A stretch of DNA of 64,000 bases, taken from Lama glama (Eukaryota). The stretch covers positions 23,996,001-24,060,000 of the forward strand of contig CM052817.1 of assembly GCA_028534125.1 (NCBI GenBank), given 5' to 3'. Below the pieces are notes generated by a model. That model did no database searches, was not told the origin of the DNA, and saw only the letters and a program-made list of their open reading frames with translations. The position numbers and the translations under genes are program-made. Shown here in pieces: positions 39,922 through 54,110 of the stretch. Every line of letters begins with the position of its first letter. The stretch's first letter is position 1.

Positions 39922-42030
39922 TACCTGGATTTAGGGAAACAGAGCCAGAGCTGAAGAGATAGTAGATCTGGGATATTTCACATAGAGGAGAAGGTTAAGG
40001 TAGTAAGATTTGGTGAATTCACTGCGGGGAGGGGCAGAAACAGAAGGGCCCTGAGATAGGAAGCAGTAATTCAGCACCATCAGGAGGAAGGGAGTCAGCA
40101 GAGGGACAAGGGAGGGAAGAGGAAGACCAGGGCAGGCCATGGAATACAAGGGAAGGGGTGCAGTGCTCTGGAAGGCAGGGAAGATACAGACCAAGAATCA
40201 GTTGCTGTAAGTAGTATCTAGGAGGGCTCTAGAAAGACCGGAAAGAAAGGTTTTAATAGAGATTTAAGAGACGATGTATCACCCTAAAGCAAGGGCTCAG
40301 GGAGTGAGCTAATAGTGATGAGCTTAAGGCATTAAGTTTATGTTACACATGAAAAGATTTCATGGTCAAGGGAAGGGGAGAGATAAGGGCTTGAAACATC
40401 AGCAGAAGCAAGGAGAGGGGAGGCCTGAGAGTGCTTGTGGGAAGCATGGGAAGCACCTGATGGAGGAGGTGGTTAAGGAACAGGTGTGAAGGAACAAATA
40501 CTTGATGAAAAACACTGTGGGGGATGGAACCCAGCAAGCACGGAGGAGGGGTATTTTGTAAGAAACTGACTTGGAAATGAAAACGAGGTTATGAGAACTT
40601 AGGTCAAAAGGCTCCGGGTAAAGTTAGGAGAGACACACACTGGCTGAGTGAAACAGAGTAAGAGTGAGACTGAGGCTTACGGGTGGTAGAGTTTTGTGTC
40701 ATTGCTATGGAAAATTTTCAATTGGATTCAGGGAACAGACTTTTTAATGGATTTATAAGCTGCTAAGGCGTACCCAGCAGAGATTTTTGATCACATTCAG
40801 TACAGTTCCGTAAGCCTGGGCACCCCAGTAGTTGACTGCCATGTTTGTAAGGCAGGATTGGCGATTGAAAAATTGGGCACATTGAAAGCTAAAGAGGACA
40901 ACAGATTTTAAGGGGGACGGCATACACTATTGACATACAAAGCCGATCGTTAGGGGCAGTGTGGGTACAGAGGCAGAGACGATGGAATGATTGACGGCAT
41001 CAAGGGACTTGCTCTGTTGGTGATGGGGCAAGAAGCACATTAGGCAGGAGCAAAGGAATAGAAGCTGTGGAAGTTTGAGAGGTCAGGCAGTGGTCAGCAG
41101 TAATACTGAGAAGCCGAGGCCATGGAGGTGGGATTGTTCCAGCTGAGGATGAAACACAAGGATTTGCCGTGCAAGTCAGTTTCTAATATGGCGTCACCAC
41201 ACAGGTCCTTGAGATTGACAAGATTAACAAACCATGTGGTCCAAGGTGTAACCTTATCCACAGGGTGGCTGACAATGCTGCCTGCCAATGGCAGGAGACA
41301 GGTGGTGTAGGTGGGGAGAGGAAGGCGTACACATGTAGCAGGACGTTAAAAGGGATATATTGCAAGATGGAAGCAGAATGTTGGTTTGAAAGTGACAATG
41401 GAGAGGAAGGATGTGTTGGCTCCATTTTCTGAGTAGCTTTCACAGAAAAGCCACAGGATTTATAGTTTAAAAGCAGGTGCAATTTATGTGAGTAGGTTCA
41501 TGGAAAGAATAGTTGAGTAAAAGATGGCAGACCTAGTGTTCTTTTCCGACACCAGACCAGGGAAACTGGTGCAGAGGTCTGTGTGCAAGTGGGATGTGCA
41601 AGGGCAAGTGCAAGTGATGCAGCTTAGGGCTGACGTGTGGAAGGAGAGAGAGAGGAGGGCTTGGGGGCTTACTGAGAGGGATGGATCTGAGCTACACAAT
41701 GAAATAAATAACAGTTAAACAACACAAAATGGGAATCATGCACTTAGGCAGGAGACAGGAGTCACAGAGTAAGGGAAAGGGTATGCTGAACACATAGGAT
41801 ATATTCAGAGATGTTTGTGCTGCTAAATAGTTCAGAGGCCAGGGGAAATGTTGGTGTAAAGGACCTTCCACTGAACCGCACTTTGGTTAGTGGATCTTGG
41901 TGAGTTGTGTGTGTTTGTGCGTGTGCATGTAGCTGAAGGGCTGGGGCATGAGGATTGCTTAGTTGCCTTTATGCATCTAGTTAGTACTAATTAAGAGAAG
42001 TATCTTTTGAACCTAAAAACATCATTTAGC

Positions 42031-42212
42031 ATAGTGCCACTCAAAGTATGGTTAAGGACCTCAGTGTCAGCATCATCTGGGAGCTTGTTAAAAATGCCAA
42101 GTTTCATCCCCACCCTAGTCTTCCTTAATTAGCCTATTTGGGGAGGGGCCTAAAAACCATTTTAACCAGTCCTCCTGGATCTCTGGGAAGTGAAAATTAG
42201 AGAAGCATTTCT
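42031..42212. mobile_element. MER5A hAT-Charlie MITE
   Basis: ctcaaagtatggtt...cagcatcatctgggagcttgttaaaaatgc...agagaagcattt. Confidence 0.8.
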
Positions 42213-42377
42213 AACCGTCTGCAGTGTAGGTGGTTCCCTTAGAATAAGATCCCAGAAAGACCAGGGATTCAAAGGCTCTCAACTGTCCATCCGGGTGGTC
42301 CCACATTATTCAGAGGCCAAATAAGAGATGGTGTAGCATAGATGTCCTGAGAACAGGTGGAATGGTCCTAACACTGA

Positions 42378-42758
<381 letters not shown>

Positions 42759-42874
42759 TCGGTTGGAAGATGGGTTCTGTCAGCATTTTACTAGCGGTTT
42801 CCAAGTAATGTTGTTTGAAGGGAATCTATTTGATAGACATGCTATTGAGACAAGGGAAGAAGCACTAATCAAAC

Positions 42875-42880
42875 AATAAA
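42875..42880 (+). terminator. Candidate polyadenylation signal (AATAAA) for DTHD1
   Basis: First AATAAA downstream of the stop codon (~117 nt), followed by GT/T-rich sequence. Further AATAAA at 43153 and 43336. Confidence 0.4.
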
Positions 42881-43207
42881 AAACATTTGTGGATTTGAGT
42901 TCTCCTTCATGCTTCAGTGATAGATGTTCTGCAAGCAGGATTGTCTTGAGTTCAGCCAAACTCAGTAGCCTTTGTAATTGAGTTTGCCCTGTTTTTATTT
43001 CATAGCTGAAGTTGCTCTTTAAGTGTGAAGGAAAGGTAATACAGGCAGGATCCGTTTGTTACTGTTATCTACAGGAAAGTAAACTAGTCATGCAGGAAGG
43101 ACACCCAGCAACTAATTCATGTTATGCACGTACCGCGGAGCCCACAGGTAACAATAAAGAATAAACTGGGCTGCAGAGACCTCATGCTGATGACAACAAA
43201 TCGCTTT

Positions 43208-43357
43208 AAGAACTATATTCAATACCTTGTAATAGCCTATAATGAAAAAGAATATGTAAAGGGATATATATGTATAATTGACTCACTATGCTGTATACCA
43301 GAAATTAACATAACATTGCAAATCGACCATACTTCAATAAAAAAATTAAGAAAAAAA
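43208..43357 (+). mobile_element. Short L1 3' tail downstream of the DTHD1 stop
   Basis: gaactatattcaataccttgtaatagcctataatgaaaaagaata...gactcactatgctgtataccagaaatt...cttcaataaaaaaa. Confidence 0.85.
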
Positions 43358-44259
43358 GACAGGGTTGAAATAAATTAAAATAGAATAACACTTCAGCCAT
43401 TTACTGACACAAATTTTTCTTTTAATAAAAGATAGCCTAGAATAGGAAGCCCTCAAATTTTATTCTTAATGAAATGAGGCAGCGCAGAGACAATGAAATA
43501 TCAGTGAAAGAACTCAGGGCCTTTTGCACTTGCTTAGGAAAATAACCTGCTTCGAAATCAGTTTGACAGAAGCCTTATTACACAAGCCCTATATGCTCAT
43601 TATTTTTTTAAAAAAAATCCTGCCTGTAAAAAACACAAAACTAAAAGAAATAAATCATAATCACCTAAGTTCCTCCATCACTGATAATCCCTGTGAATGT
43701 TAAGTGTTTACATTTTGAGACCTTGGAAAACTTAAAGCACCGTAGCTCCCTGAAACCGTGTGACACGAATGGGGCATTTCATTAGTACCACCAAGTCATG
43801 GGTGGGAAGCATCGGGGCCTTGACTTGCAAACGTCAGTAGTGATTAGTTTCGATAATTGAAATAATCTGAAAATTAATGAAATTACATGAAAAATTAAAC
43901 ACTTATACGGTTCTCAAATTGAAAGATAACATCTTCTATAAATTAACCAGGGACTTAGATCTCTATTTGGTTATGTATTTAAAAAGAGAATTCCAATTCT
44001 CAAACACATTCCTATCAAGAAAGCTTTTAGCAGGATTTTTATTTTTATGTATTTCCAGAAAGGTACAATATTTTTCATGTGTGAAGAAAATAGACTGAAA
44101 TGTTCATTGTTTTTATGACTACAAAATGACAAAAAAGTCAAGAAAATAAAATTTGTCTCTTACTCTGCCCCTAGAGATTACTATTAAGAAAATATTTTAT
44201 TCTGATTTTTCTTTTTTCTTGGAAAGAAATATTTCTACTTCAGTGCATATAGATGTCTA

Positions 44260-44878
44260 TAAACACAATCACCTATGCGCACACACACACAAATCTCCTC
44301 ATACATATCACCGCACTCACCACCTCCTCACTTACTCACACACGTCTCCTCACACCCCCTCCCCATGTCCGCACACCCCCACAAGCCGTCTCACTCACAC
44401 AAACACACGTCCCCTCCCACGTACCTTTCACAAACAGCCTCCAACACATATGCCTGCCCCATACACAGACACCCACAGACTCTCATCCACCTGTACATCC
44501 TCAAGTGTGTTCACACACTGTCACACATCCTCCCACATACTCCACTCCCACCTCTCTCGCACAAACACACTGCTTCACATACGACCCCCACACATCCACC
44601 CTTACACACAGACAGTCTCAGGTCCACAGGGACACTTTCACACATGCCTACACACATGCACACAAACACTCATTAATATACACATATACTTGTTAACATC
44701 CTCACCAACACACACTCACACACCATCTCACATTGCCTGTGCACCTTCACATACACACACTCTCACACCAGCTCCCACCTCTCTCTCTCTCCCCATCGCT
44801 TTCTCTCACACACAGACACTCATTCACTTTCATACCCTGACAGGCACACATCCCTTCACACATACACTCTGACACACA
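44260..44878. repeat. ~620-bp degenerate (CA)n/(CT)n low-complexity region
   Basis: Dense cacac/ctcac motifs, very G-poor on the + strand. Confidence 0.9.
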
Positions 44879-44979
44879 TTTTCCCTCAGCATTAAAAAAT
44901 GCACATATTATTGTAACAATAAAATAACATAAAGGTATATGAAGATAAAAATGGACCATCTCTGCAGCACCTGGTCTCC

Positions 44980-45449
44980 CTTAGGTAGTCAAAGGAATCG
45001 TCAGTCCCATACATGGCATGTGCCTCGTGTGTTCAGGGTGCCACACCCATGCCTCACCCTCATGCATCCTGCTGTCTGTCTGGTGGGCTGACCTGGAGGA
45101 ACCACATCGCCAACGCTCTGGCTTCTCCGTGGGCTTGGTAATGGGGAGCCCCAGCGGGAGGCTGGGAGGAGGGTGAGCTGGACTCTTCCTCTTTCTTTCT
45201 CCCTTGAATTCACCATGGCCCGGCTGTGTCCCCCACCCGACGGCCACTGTTCCTCTCCTTTCTGGCAGTTCTCTCTTGGGGCTGGGAATCTCTCCTGCTG
45301 GGGCCGCATCAGTCCTGGGACAGTGACAGCTCCATTACTGCACTATCCCTTGTGGTCCCTCATGCCCTGCCCACTCTTTGAAGACAAAGCCTCCTCTAAT
45401 TATTCTAATTTGAGGTTATCATGTGTTTCTTTGAGACCCTGACTGATAC
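44980..45449 (+). mobile_element. ERVL-type solo LTR (LTR33/LTR16-like)
   Basis: GC-rich body ending tgtttctttgagaccctgactgatac, the typical LTR33/LTR16 terminus. Confidence 0.65.
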
Positions 45450-45469
45450 TTCTCATAGAAACTTAGACC

Positions 45470-46170
45470 TTTTTTTTCCAAAATGTGGGTCATATAGTGT
45501 ATATAGTTTTAAATATTATCATATTTTATTAATCTGTGAACATTTTCCTATGTCTTTAAATGTTTTAATAGCTGCAGAATATCCCACTTCGTAGCCATAG
45601 CATAATTAATTTTAGTATTACTTATTTTTGAATTTAAAAATGAAATAATGCAGTATATATTCTTTCACACCTGGCTTTTTTATTCAACTTTATGTTGTTG
45701 AAATTCAACCATGTTGTTTGTGTGGCAATAATTTGTTGCTTCTCATTAATAAATAATATTCCATTCTATGCAATTACTATAAATCACATACCTCTTCCAC
45801 TGTAAATAGGCATTTCAGAGGGTTCCAGCTTGGAGCTATCATGAACAGTTATTTTATAAACTTTCTGTAGATACTTTTTAGTGAATATATGTTTTAATTT
45901 CTTCCAAGTACATGCCTAATTTATTCAACCTTTCCCCTCTTGTTATATATTCATATGACTTTCTTCTTTCCATAAACCAATACTGCAATGATCATTTTTC
46001 TACATATGTATGTGAATTATTATTTCATTAGGATACTTACTGGAAACATTTTTATTATTGTTCTCAGTAATAAATGGGATTACTTACTGGGAACATTTTT
46101 AAGGTTCTTGATACACATTGCCAAGTTGCCATTTTATATTCTAATCATCAGGTTATGAAGATTCTTGGGA
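45470..46170 (-). mobile_element. Old L1ME-type 3' fragments
   Basis: Antisense L1ME motifs (ttccagcttggagctatcatgaac; aaggttcttgatacacattgccaagttgcc). Confidence 0.65.
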
Positions 46171-47712
46171 AAACAATATTTTAAGTATATAAATGAATCA
46201 ACAGTATTTTAAATACATAAATGAACGAGGCACATAACATGAAATTCTACAACCTAGGTGAACCTGGATTGTCTTTAATTTCTCCATTATGAAAAAAAAG
46301 ATATTGGCTCAAATCTTTTATGGTGTTTCTTCTACTAATGAATAGAGCATATTCTACTGGTATTGACATTTTAAAAAAGTATCAGAAGGAGAAATAATAT
46401 AGCAGATACGTGGACAGATTCCAGGATATCAGAGAACTTAGCAAATACAGCTAATTGCCAATGAAAGGAATGTTAAGTTCATTTATTCAGTGGATATATA
46501 TTGAACACAAACCCCGCGTCAGGCAACATTTTCAGTGCCAGGAGCACAGAAATGGTAAGAGACAGTCCCTAGGTTATGCTTTCTGCGCAAAGGAAGAGCC
46601 AATGAATGTGATCAACATATTGTTTATTGCCTATAGTGAAACTAGCTCTTTATGCTTAGCCATTTACAAGTATGCACTTATTTAATTCTCCCAGTGTCCT
46701 ATGAGGTAGGTACACCGCCCCGTTTTACAAGAGAGGAGACTGGAGATTAGAAACATGCCATGCCCTGCTGACGGTCCCAAGTGGGTGACATAGGATTCAA
46801 ACGTAGGTTGTTGGCTTAGTTCCCATCATATCATGTTGTCACTAAGCTAAGAAGAAAAAGGAGGGGAATGGACATACCGATTTGCTCCTAAACTTTCACT
46901 ATTTCCACTTCTCATTTCGCACAACATTTCTAATGCATATCAGAGGTGCAAATAGATACTGGTTTTGCGGATGAGGATGGGGATGGGAGAAGGGGCAGGA
47001 GTGAGAGGGGATTGTGATCATTGATATTTGTCCCAAGTCAGCTAGTTAAATGCTCTCTTAGACTTGTCTGAGAGACTGACAGATTAGGATAATACTGCAA
47101 ACTGACCTAACACAAGCTGGTGAGGAATAAACATTGGCTTATTTGCGGTAGATATCAGCAATAGTTAGAGCTACATTGCCACAACTTGGCTACTTGGGCA
47201 CATCAAGAGCCCTCCAAACAGTGGCTGCAAAGCAGGACCACTGAGCAACGAACCCTTCTGCGTCATTACTGAGATGCCTGTTTTACACCATAGAGGGGTA
47301 AGAATGTTTCTACATTTTAGAGCCAATCTGTATACCCTGAGTCACATCAGTTTCACTAATGAAAACTCATCAAAGCCATCATTTTGCTAATTATTAAGTA
47401 CCAAATTCTACAAATTAAAAAAAAAATTTCTAACATTTATTATTCTAGTTAATAAGACCTATGATGTTAAATCATAGTTATCTTGAACAAATGCTTACCA
47501 TAACTGAGATATAAATTTATGATTAGAGCAATTGATTATTCCCAAAAAATATAGCTTAAATGAATGCATACACAATATCACACTGTATATTCTAAAGTAT
47601 TTTAAAGTAAAATAGAAACAACTTAATAAGTAAGTTAAGTAGGCTTTGAAAGCAACATAATACAATTTTCAAAATTTCTAAGTTTTGTGAGGAAAGTTCA
47701 ATTTTCCCAACC

Positions 47713-47905
47713 CAGTGTTTCTCAATGGGAGTGTTACTGGCATCTTGGTTGAAATATTTTAAGTAACCTGAACTGGCTCACACATTGTAGGCCATTCAGC
47801 ACCCCTGACCTTCACCTATCAAATATGCAGATCATACCCTAGTAAGTGTGAGAAACAAAACTTCCACATAGTTCCAGGCATGGGGGAGGGCAGTTGGGAG
47901 AACAG
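47713..47905. mobile_element. MER20/MER5C-like hAT-Charlie MITE
   Basis: cagtgtttctcaatggg...cacattgtaggccattcagcacccctgacc...gttgggagaac. Confidence 0.6.
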
Positions 47906-49768
47906 AGAAATGCTATCACTGGACTTAAGAATAGGGTGCATGGACCTTAAGGGAGGGTGTTGAGAACAATCGTCTTAACTTTTGGTTTGAAGCAGGGTGT
48001 AAAGAAAGGGTGGAATAAGTTAAGGGAAAGTTGGAACATTATAAGCAAAAGAGGGTCCTACCATACACTCTCCAACTGCTATCAGTGTTTGCAAGAAATG
48101 TCAACTGCTGTTTGATGAGCAGCCCCAACATACTTCTACTGAGGGGACCCTCTGAGTTATAGCCAGAGCTGTGCTATCGAATGAGAAGTTTGTCGAAGGA
48201 ACACAGTCAGGCTCCCTGAATTTAGAAAAGCAGTAGTCCAGAAGAAAAGGGAAATGTTGAGTGAAGTCGAAACAGTGGCTGATGCTGGGCTTGGGCTCCC
48301 CTCCGTGGCTCAGCTAAGCGTGGCTTCTGTGACTTGACCTCATCAGAATGCCCCGAGCTACAGACGTCAAGATGTTCTGACAAACCGCACATCATTTAAC
48401 CCTCATCTTGCCCCTTCTCTCAGGTGTCCTCCACTGGAGCTTTCAATTCTCCTCACTCTGCATTTACTACCTAACAAACTAAATATTTCACAGTTCAATT
48501 ATGGTTATTTACTTTTTGCAAACCCCCACCTGAGGGCATGCTATGCAAGGGTCAGGGAGCCCATCTCTTTTGTTCAGTGATGTCTTCCCATGACTTAGAA
48601 CTCCATCTGGCACTCACTGAATGTTTCTCTGTTTTCTTATCCTTACTTTACAGATGAGAAAACTGCAACACAGAGTTACAGTGATGCTCAGTCAGTGGTA
48701 GAGCCTGGATTAGAGCCCAGACGATTCTGTTTTCAAACTCCTGGTTATTTTTGCTTCTGACTTCCTGCCCTTAGCTCCCTCCACCCCTCTCCCTTCCGTA
48801 GTCCTCTGTTTTCCATAACCTCGGATAACGTTTTTCCAGTTCCCTGAGTACCTTTATCATCCTTGGCACTAGTTATAGTTATAGCACTTCTAAACTCTGT
48901 AATAATTGCCTATTTATCTGTGTTTTTCTCCAATCAGTCTGTGTCTTGCAAGCAGAGATCGAGTTTTATTCATCATTGAATTTCCAGCACCCTGTATGGG
49001 CCCCAGCACATAGTAGGTACTCAATAGGTCTCTGTTGAATTAATTCATGAATAATATCCACACAGTGACAGGCTTGGACCCTCTTTTCCCATTCCATCTT
49101 CCTTTCGGAAGCAACACTGTCGGGGCAGATGTCGTGTCTGAAAAGGTAAAATTTAGCGTGGACTGTAAACATCATGCTTGAAGCCAGCTGCAAGGTTAAC
49201 AGGATTCAATATTTCTCCCTCGAACACACTGCAGCTGTAAAGTGTTCCCTTCTGTGAGTGACTGCTGCTTTCTTACACACTGAGAAATTTTGTTCTCCCA
49301 AATCACAAGACTACCAGAAACTTTGCTGTTTGAAATTGTAACAATAAGGAAGAAATACTGCTCTCTTGCCTGGAGGATGTAAGTCATTTCGACAGGTAAG
49401 CAGTCTCAGTTGACAACCTGGGTACAGAGCATTGGATAAAGGTTTCTGGATACAACAAAGCACATCTATCTCAACAATAATGTTTCCAAGGAAACAGGAC
49501 TCAGGGTCCATTTTGCAGTGAAGACCTGATGTTGAGCCCTTCACACAGCTCTGCTTTGCTTTGAACCCATCAGAACACTCAGCTCCACCCTTCTCCTAAG
49601 ACCTCAAGTAACTGTCTTTGCCTTTGTTTAGTGATACACACTGTTTCTCTGGTGCACAGTCTCTTTCATTTTAGTGAGACATTAAACCCAACTTTGTTAA
49701 ACTTTAAGTATTTTCCTGGTGGTCCGAGGCTGAGTGGGCTCCAACATCTATGCTTCTGTGCTTTGGTC

Positions 49769-49920
49769 CAGTAGTTCTTAAATTGGCAGCATGTTAGAAT
49801 CAGCAGAGGGTGCCTGGATCCACCCGGAGAAATTCTGATTGAAGTAGTCTTGGGTGAGTCCTGGGAGTCATAATTTTAAAGCTCCCCAGTTGATTCTGCA
49901 GCCAAGGCTAAGAATCATTC
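49769..49920. mobile_element. MER5A1-like hAT-Charlie MITE
   Basis: cagtagttcttaaattggcagcatgttagaatca...gctccccagttgattctgcagccaaggctaagaatca. Confidence 0.8.
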
Positions 49921-51593
49921 TTCTAGCCAAGTGGACCTAGAGAAATCTAGAATGTGAAAATTCAGTTTCACCAGACCACAGCTTAGCTCTCTAAGCCAGA
50001 AACTTTGGCTACAGACTCGAGGAGACTGTATTCTTAGTGAATAACTGAAGTGATCTTTATATACATGGAAGCTGAAGGGCATTGCCTATTCTTTTGAATT
50101 CCTGCCCAAAGTACTCTCTCAATTATTGTTTTTATTTTTCATGGTTATCACAGGCCCAAGAGTAACACAGGAGGGAGAGCGGAGGAAACAGAGGAGGCTC
50201 TGTGCTGTGCTGAATATAAAAGGTTTTTTCCCTTGGTTTATAGTCTTCTTTTGAGACAATTCATCTGTTCATAAGACTAGGTAGGGTGGAGTCAAGAGCT
50301 GAGGTAGGGAGTTCAGATAGCTGGGAAGGACTCAGAGGACACTGAGCCAGGGGAACTCAAATATAATTTCAGTAATCTGTCTTAGTGAAAATAGCCACCC
50401 CCAAATCATAAAGCTGAATTGACATCCCTGGAAGCTGATTATTGTACACCTTTAAATTTGGTCCCATTAATTGACTACACACCCAATCATACACTGTGAA
50501 TCAGTATTTTTGATTTTTTTCTCTCATTTTAAAGAGAAAAATTTTATTTCATTATATTTGTGTGCTAAAATTTTTAAATGCACTATATTATATTATTTTT
50601 AGACATATTTTTGGCCATTTTTATACATGCTGATGGCTTCAAAATTGAAAGTGACCCAGGCCTTGCTCCACTTGAAAGGCTGTGTCTGTACCAGACAAGC
50701 TGAAACTTAACAAATAGTCATGGCAAATATCTGGATGCCACCACAAGAGGGCCTCTGTGTCTCAGATAAAATTAAGGAAACATTCAACACTACAGAGAAA
50801 TCCTTTTATGTTGACGATTAATTGTTTTGCATGATACTTAAATTTTTTTTATAAGTTATTTTAGGGCAGAGGGCATAACCTCACTTATGGTCAATATACT
50901 GTTAATGTAATAGTGCATCATTTTGTGGCTAACTTCTTCTCTAATATTCTGAAATGTCTAATTCTCATTTGATATGAAGAAACAAGGTACACAGAAACTC
51001 CAGCACCTGTAGAGGCTTTATGTTTCATTGTATCTTCTGTTTCTTTAATCAAAGCAGCAGAAATAATAGTGGAATCTATTACTGATCACAGAAAACAATA
51101 TGTATAATTTTTTTGAAGTTATCTGGATATAGAAATTAAAAGTTAAACTATTAAAAGTATTATGGAATAAATGTATTTTTGACTCACTTCACTTTCCAGT
51201 AAGTGCTATTAACTGATTTGATGTCTAAATAATTACCTTCTAGCTTCTGAAAGGTTCTGAATGGAGTGTTGCTATGTTTGTCAGTAAATAAAAATGGCTT
51301 ACATTCAAAATGAAGTAAGATTTTTATTTAAAATTCAAATTCTGAATTAAGATTATTATTTAAAAATAATCAAGTGATATTTTTCAGACCATTTTAGTTG
51401 TAATTTTAAAATAATCTATTTCTGGGATTGAATTCTTAAAAAAAGATGAATATTACCCCTTCCACAAAGCATCACAGAACACGCAAACCAACAACAGTGT
51501 GATGGCATTGGAAGAGCCCCTGAACATAAAGCAAAAATGAGGACAACTGAAAACAGTCAAACGTACAAAGATGACTACTAAAATGTACTTGAC

Positions 51594-51843
51594 TGTATTA
51601 AAGTATTTGCCACTTCTCTTTGTAGGAAAGCAATACATTCCTGCCCCATTGATGTTACTCTTGGCCATATGACTTAGAGTGCCCAATGAAATATGTGACA
51701 TATATGAGCAGAAGCTACATAGCCATTGAGTGGTTCCACCATGTTTCTTTTCTCCCTGCTTTGAGGTCAGCAAAGTCTCAATGAAGAATATTCTGTTAGC
51801 CTGGATCCTGGAGCACAGAAGATATTCACAGCCTGCTAATAAT
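51594..51843 (+). mobile_element. MaLR MLT1 (MLT1I/J-like) LTR cut by a gap
   Basis: cctgccccattgatg...ttggccatatgactt...ccaatgaaatatgtg...gttagcctggatcctggag. Confidence 0.7.
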
Positions 51844-52343
51844 NNNNNNNNNNNNNNNNNNNNNNNNNNNNNNNNNNNNNNNNNNNNNNNNNNNNNNNNN
51901 NNNNNNNNNNNNNNNNNNNNNNNNNNNNNNNNNNNNNNNNNNNNNNNNNNNNNNNNNNNNNNNNNNNNNNNNNNNNNNNNNNNNNNNNNNNNNNNNNNNN
52001 NNNNNNNNNNNNNNNNNNNNNNNNNNNNNNNNNNNNNNNNNNNNNNNNNNNNNNNNNNNNNNNNNNNNNNNNNNNNNNNNNNNNNNNNNNNNNNNNNNNN
52101 NNNNNNNNNNNNNNNNNNNNNNNNNNNNNNNNNNNNNNNNNNNNNNNNNNNNNNNNNNNNNNNNNNNNNNNNNNNNNNNNNNNNNNNNNNNNNNNNNNNN
52201 NNNNNNNNNNNNNNNNNNNNNNNNNNNNNNNNNNNNNNNNNNNNNNNNNNNNNNNNNNNNNNNNNNNNNNNNNNNNNNNNNNNNNNNNNNNNNNNNNNNN
52301 NNNNNNNNNNNNNNNNNNNNNNNNNNNNNNNNNNNNNNNNNNN
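51844..52343. other. Assembly gap (500 N)
   Basis: Exactly 500 N. Confidence 1.
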
Positions 52344-53932
52344 ATCCTTCTTTCCTTTGTGAGACTCAGAAGTCCATGCAAAAGCTTTTCCTGTTAGAAC
52401 AGTATGAGCAAATATATGGGCACTTTTATTACTGTAATCTTTTATTTCAATGTACATGTTTCCTACAATAACCTTGACCTCTCTTCACTTAGGTTTTTCC
52501 TCTCTTCTTATTTATGTAGCTTAGGTTAAATATTCTTTGACCATTTAAGATTTTTATTTTGGACAAATCCCTGTAATTTTTGTGCAAGATCTTTTTTTAT
52601 TTAACCTTAGTATTCCTCAGGAGCAAAAGCTTCGTAGGTAGTTTAAATTTTCTCTATTCATAATATGTAACTATAATGAAATATCATTTAACTAAAATAC
52701 CTGGAGAATAAAAGCCCTTTTATTTATTTTAAGAGAATTCCTCTCCCATTTCAAGATCTATGCGAAATGTTACTCAGTATTATTAGAAGGGTTTGGACAA
52801 CCCACTATAAAAGGGTTAAACAACATGATCTTGAAAGTTTACTAAGTCTCCAAATACACGAATAAGGCACAAAAGCAGCAAACTTGCCCTCCAACCTACA
52901 GCTTCAAGAAAGGAAATCTTGTCGTGAGAATGTATTCTAAGCTTCCTAAGTAATGGATCTTCTTGTGTCTCCCTTGAAGTGTGCGCCATTATTCATTAGC
53001 ATTTACTGTCAGGATGCCCTTCACCCAGGTTCAGTTTCCTTTTCTTTCATTTTAACTCATTACATTGAATTATATGTCTCCCATTCAAGAAAACAATTCT
53101 CCTCTTCTTTGTTTTTCTTATGTATTTGAGAATGTAAATACTTTTTGATTCAGTAACATCTGTTTCAATTAATGTCTCAAGTTGTCTTTCTAGAAGAGAA
53201 TTGTTCATGTCTTGTCTGTTTGGTACTTGCACTGTTCTGAATAGCATGTAAAGAAGTTAAATTGCCACTCCTAGTCATTGAATAGAACACTGCAGTCAGC
53301 TCTAAAGGAGCTATTTATCTAGTTTATAAAATCTTGCAGAGAAGCAACTTTGCCTTTTGGAGAAGAGCCTGGGTTAGAGTATATAAAAATTGCATAGTAT
53401 GGGGCTGTGAAGTTACCGCTTTATGACATTATGTGTAAACATCAATATTCAGGCACTGAAACTAATTCACTGTTAACTTTTGGCAAGTCCCTTGATACCT
53501 CTGTCTCAATTTTTTTCACTTAAGGATGAAAAAATGGGATATATTTGGGGTAGAATACATACTGCTTGAGGGTTGTCATTCTCCCACCCCTGCACGTATC
53601 CATAACATCATGACACCATTCATTCATTCATTCCTTCACTCAAATTCAACCAAAATCCTCATTCTTAAACTCAGTAGTTTTCAACATACTTACTAACATT
53701 GAGTTATCATTTAATATGAAACAATATACCACTCCTGAAATAGATGGGCCCCAAATCCTTTTCTAATTTTTTTAGTGTTCTGTGTTTCTTGCTGCATCTT
53801 CTAGTACAAAGAATTTTGCATGACCTCAGAGAGGGCTCCATTTTGCTCCAGCTCTTGACTAGGTGCCTTGCTCACCCGCCCTTTCTTTAATGCAGGACAC
53901 ACTTTGTTCCTGAGTAGACTGGACCACTAGGA

Positions 53933-54110
53933 CAGAGGTTCCCAAACATTAGTGTGCATCGGTATCTACTGAAACATAGATGGCTGGTCCCCTCCCCTGG
54001 TTAATGATTCGGTATGTCTGGAGTAGGACCCATCAAATTGTATTTCTAACAAGTTTCCAGGTAATTGTGATTCTGCTGGTCTGAGGAGCACATTTTGAGA
54101 AACATTGCTC
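53933..54110. mobile_element. MER5A hAT-Charlie MITE
   Basis: cagaggttcccaaacattagtgtgcatc...tttctaacaagtttccagg...cacattttgagaaacattg. Confidence 0.85.

Larger units (their letters stand above)
38700..41700 (-). mobile_element. Long degenerate L2 interrupted by Tigger1 and Vic-1
   Basis: GA-rich + strand with antisense L2 character on both sides of 39289-39921. Confidence 0.6.

Noticed and set aside
44153..44872. 239-aa His/Thr-rich ORF
   Set aside because: CA-rich low complexity lacks stop codons in all three frames; no splice or homology support.
51453..52457. Long ORFs (181-334 aa)
   Set aside because: They span the second N gap; the flank is MLT1 LTR sequence.
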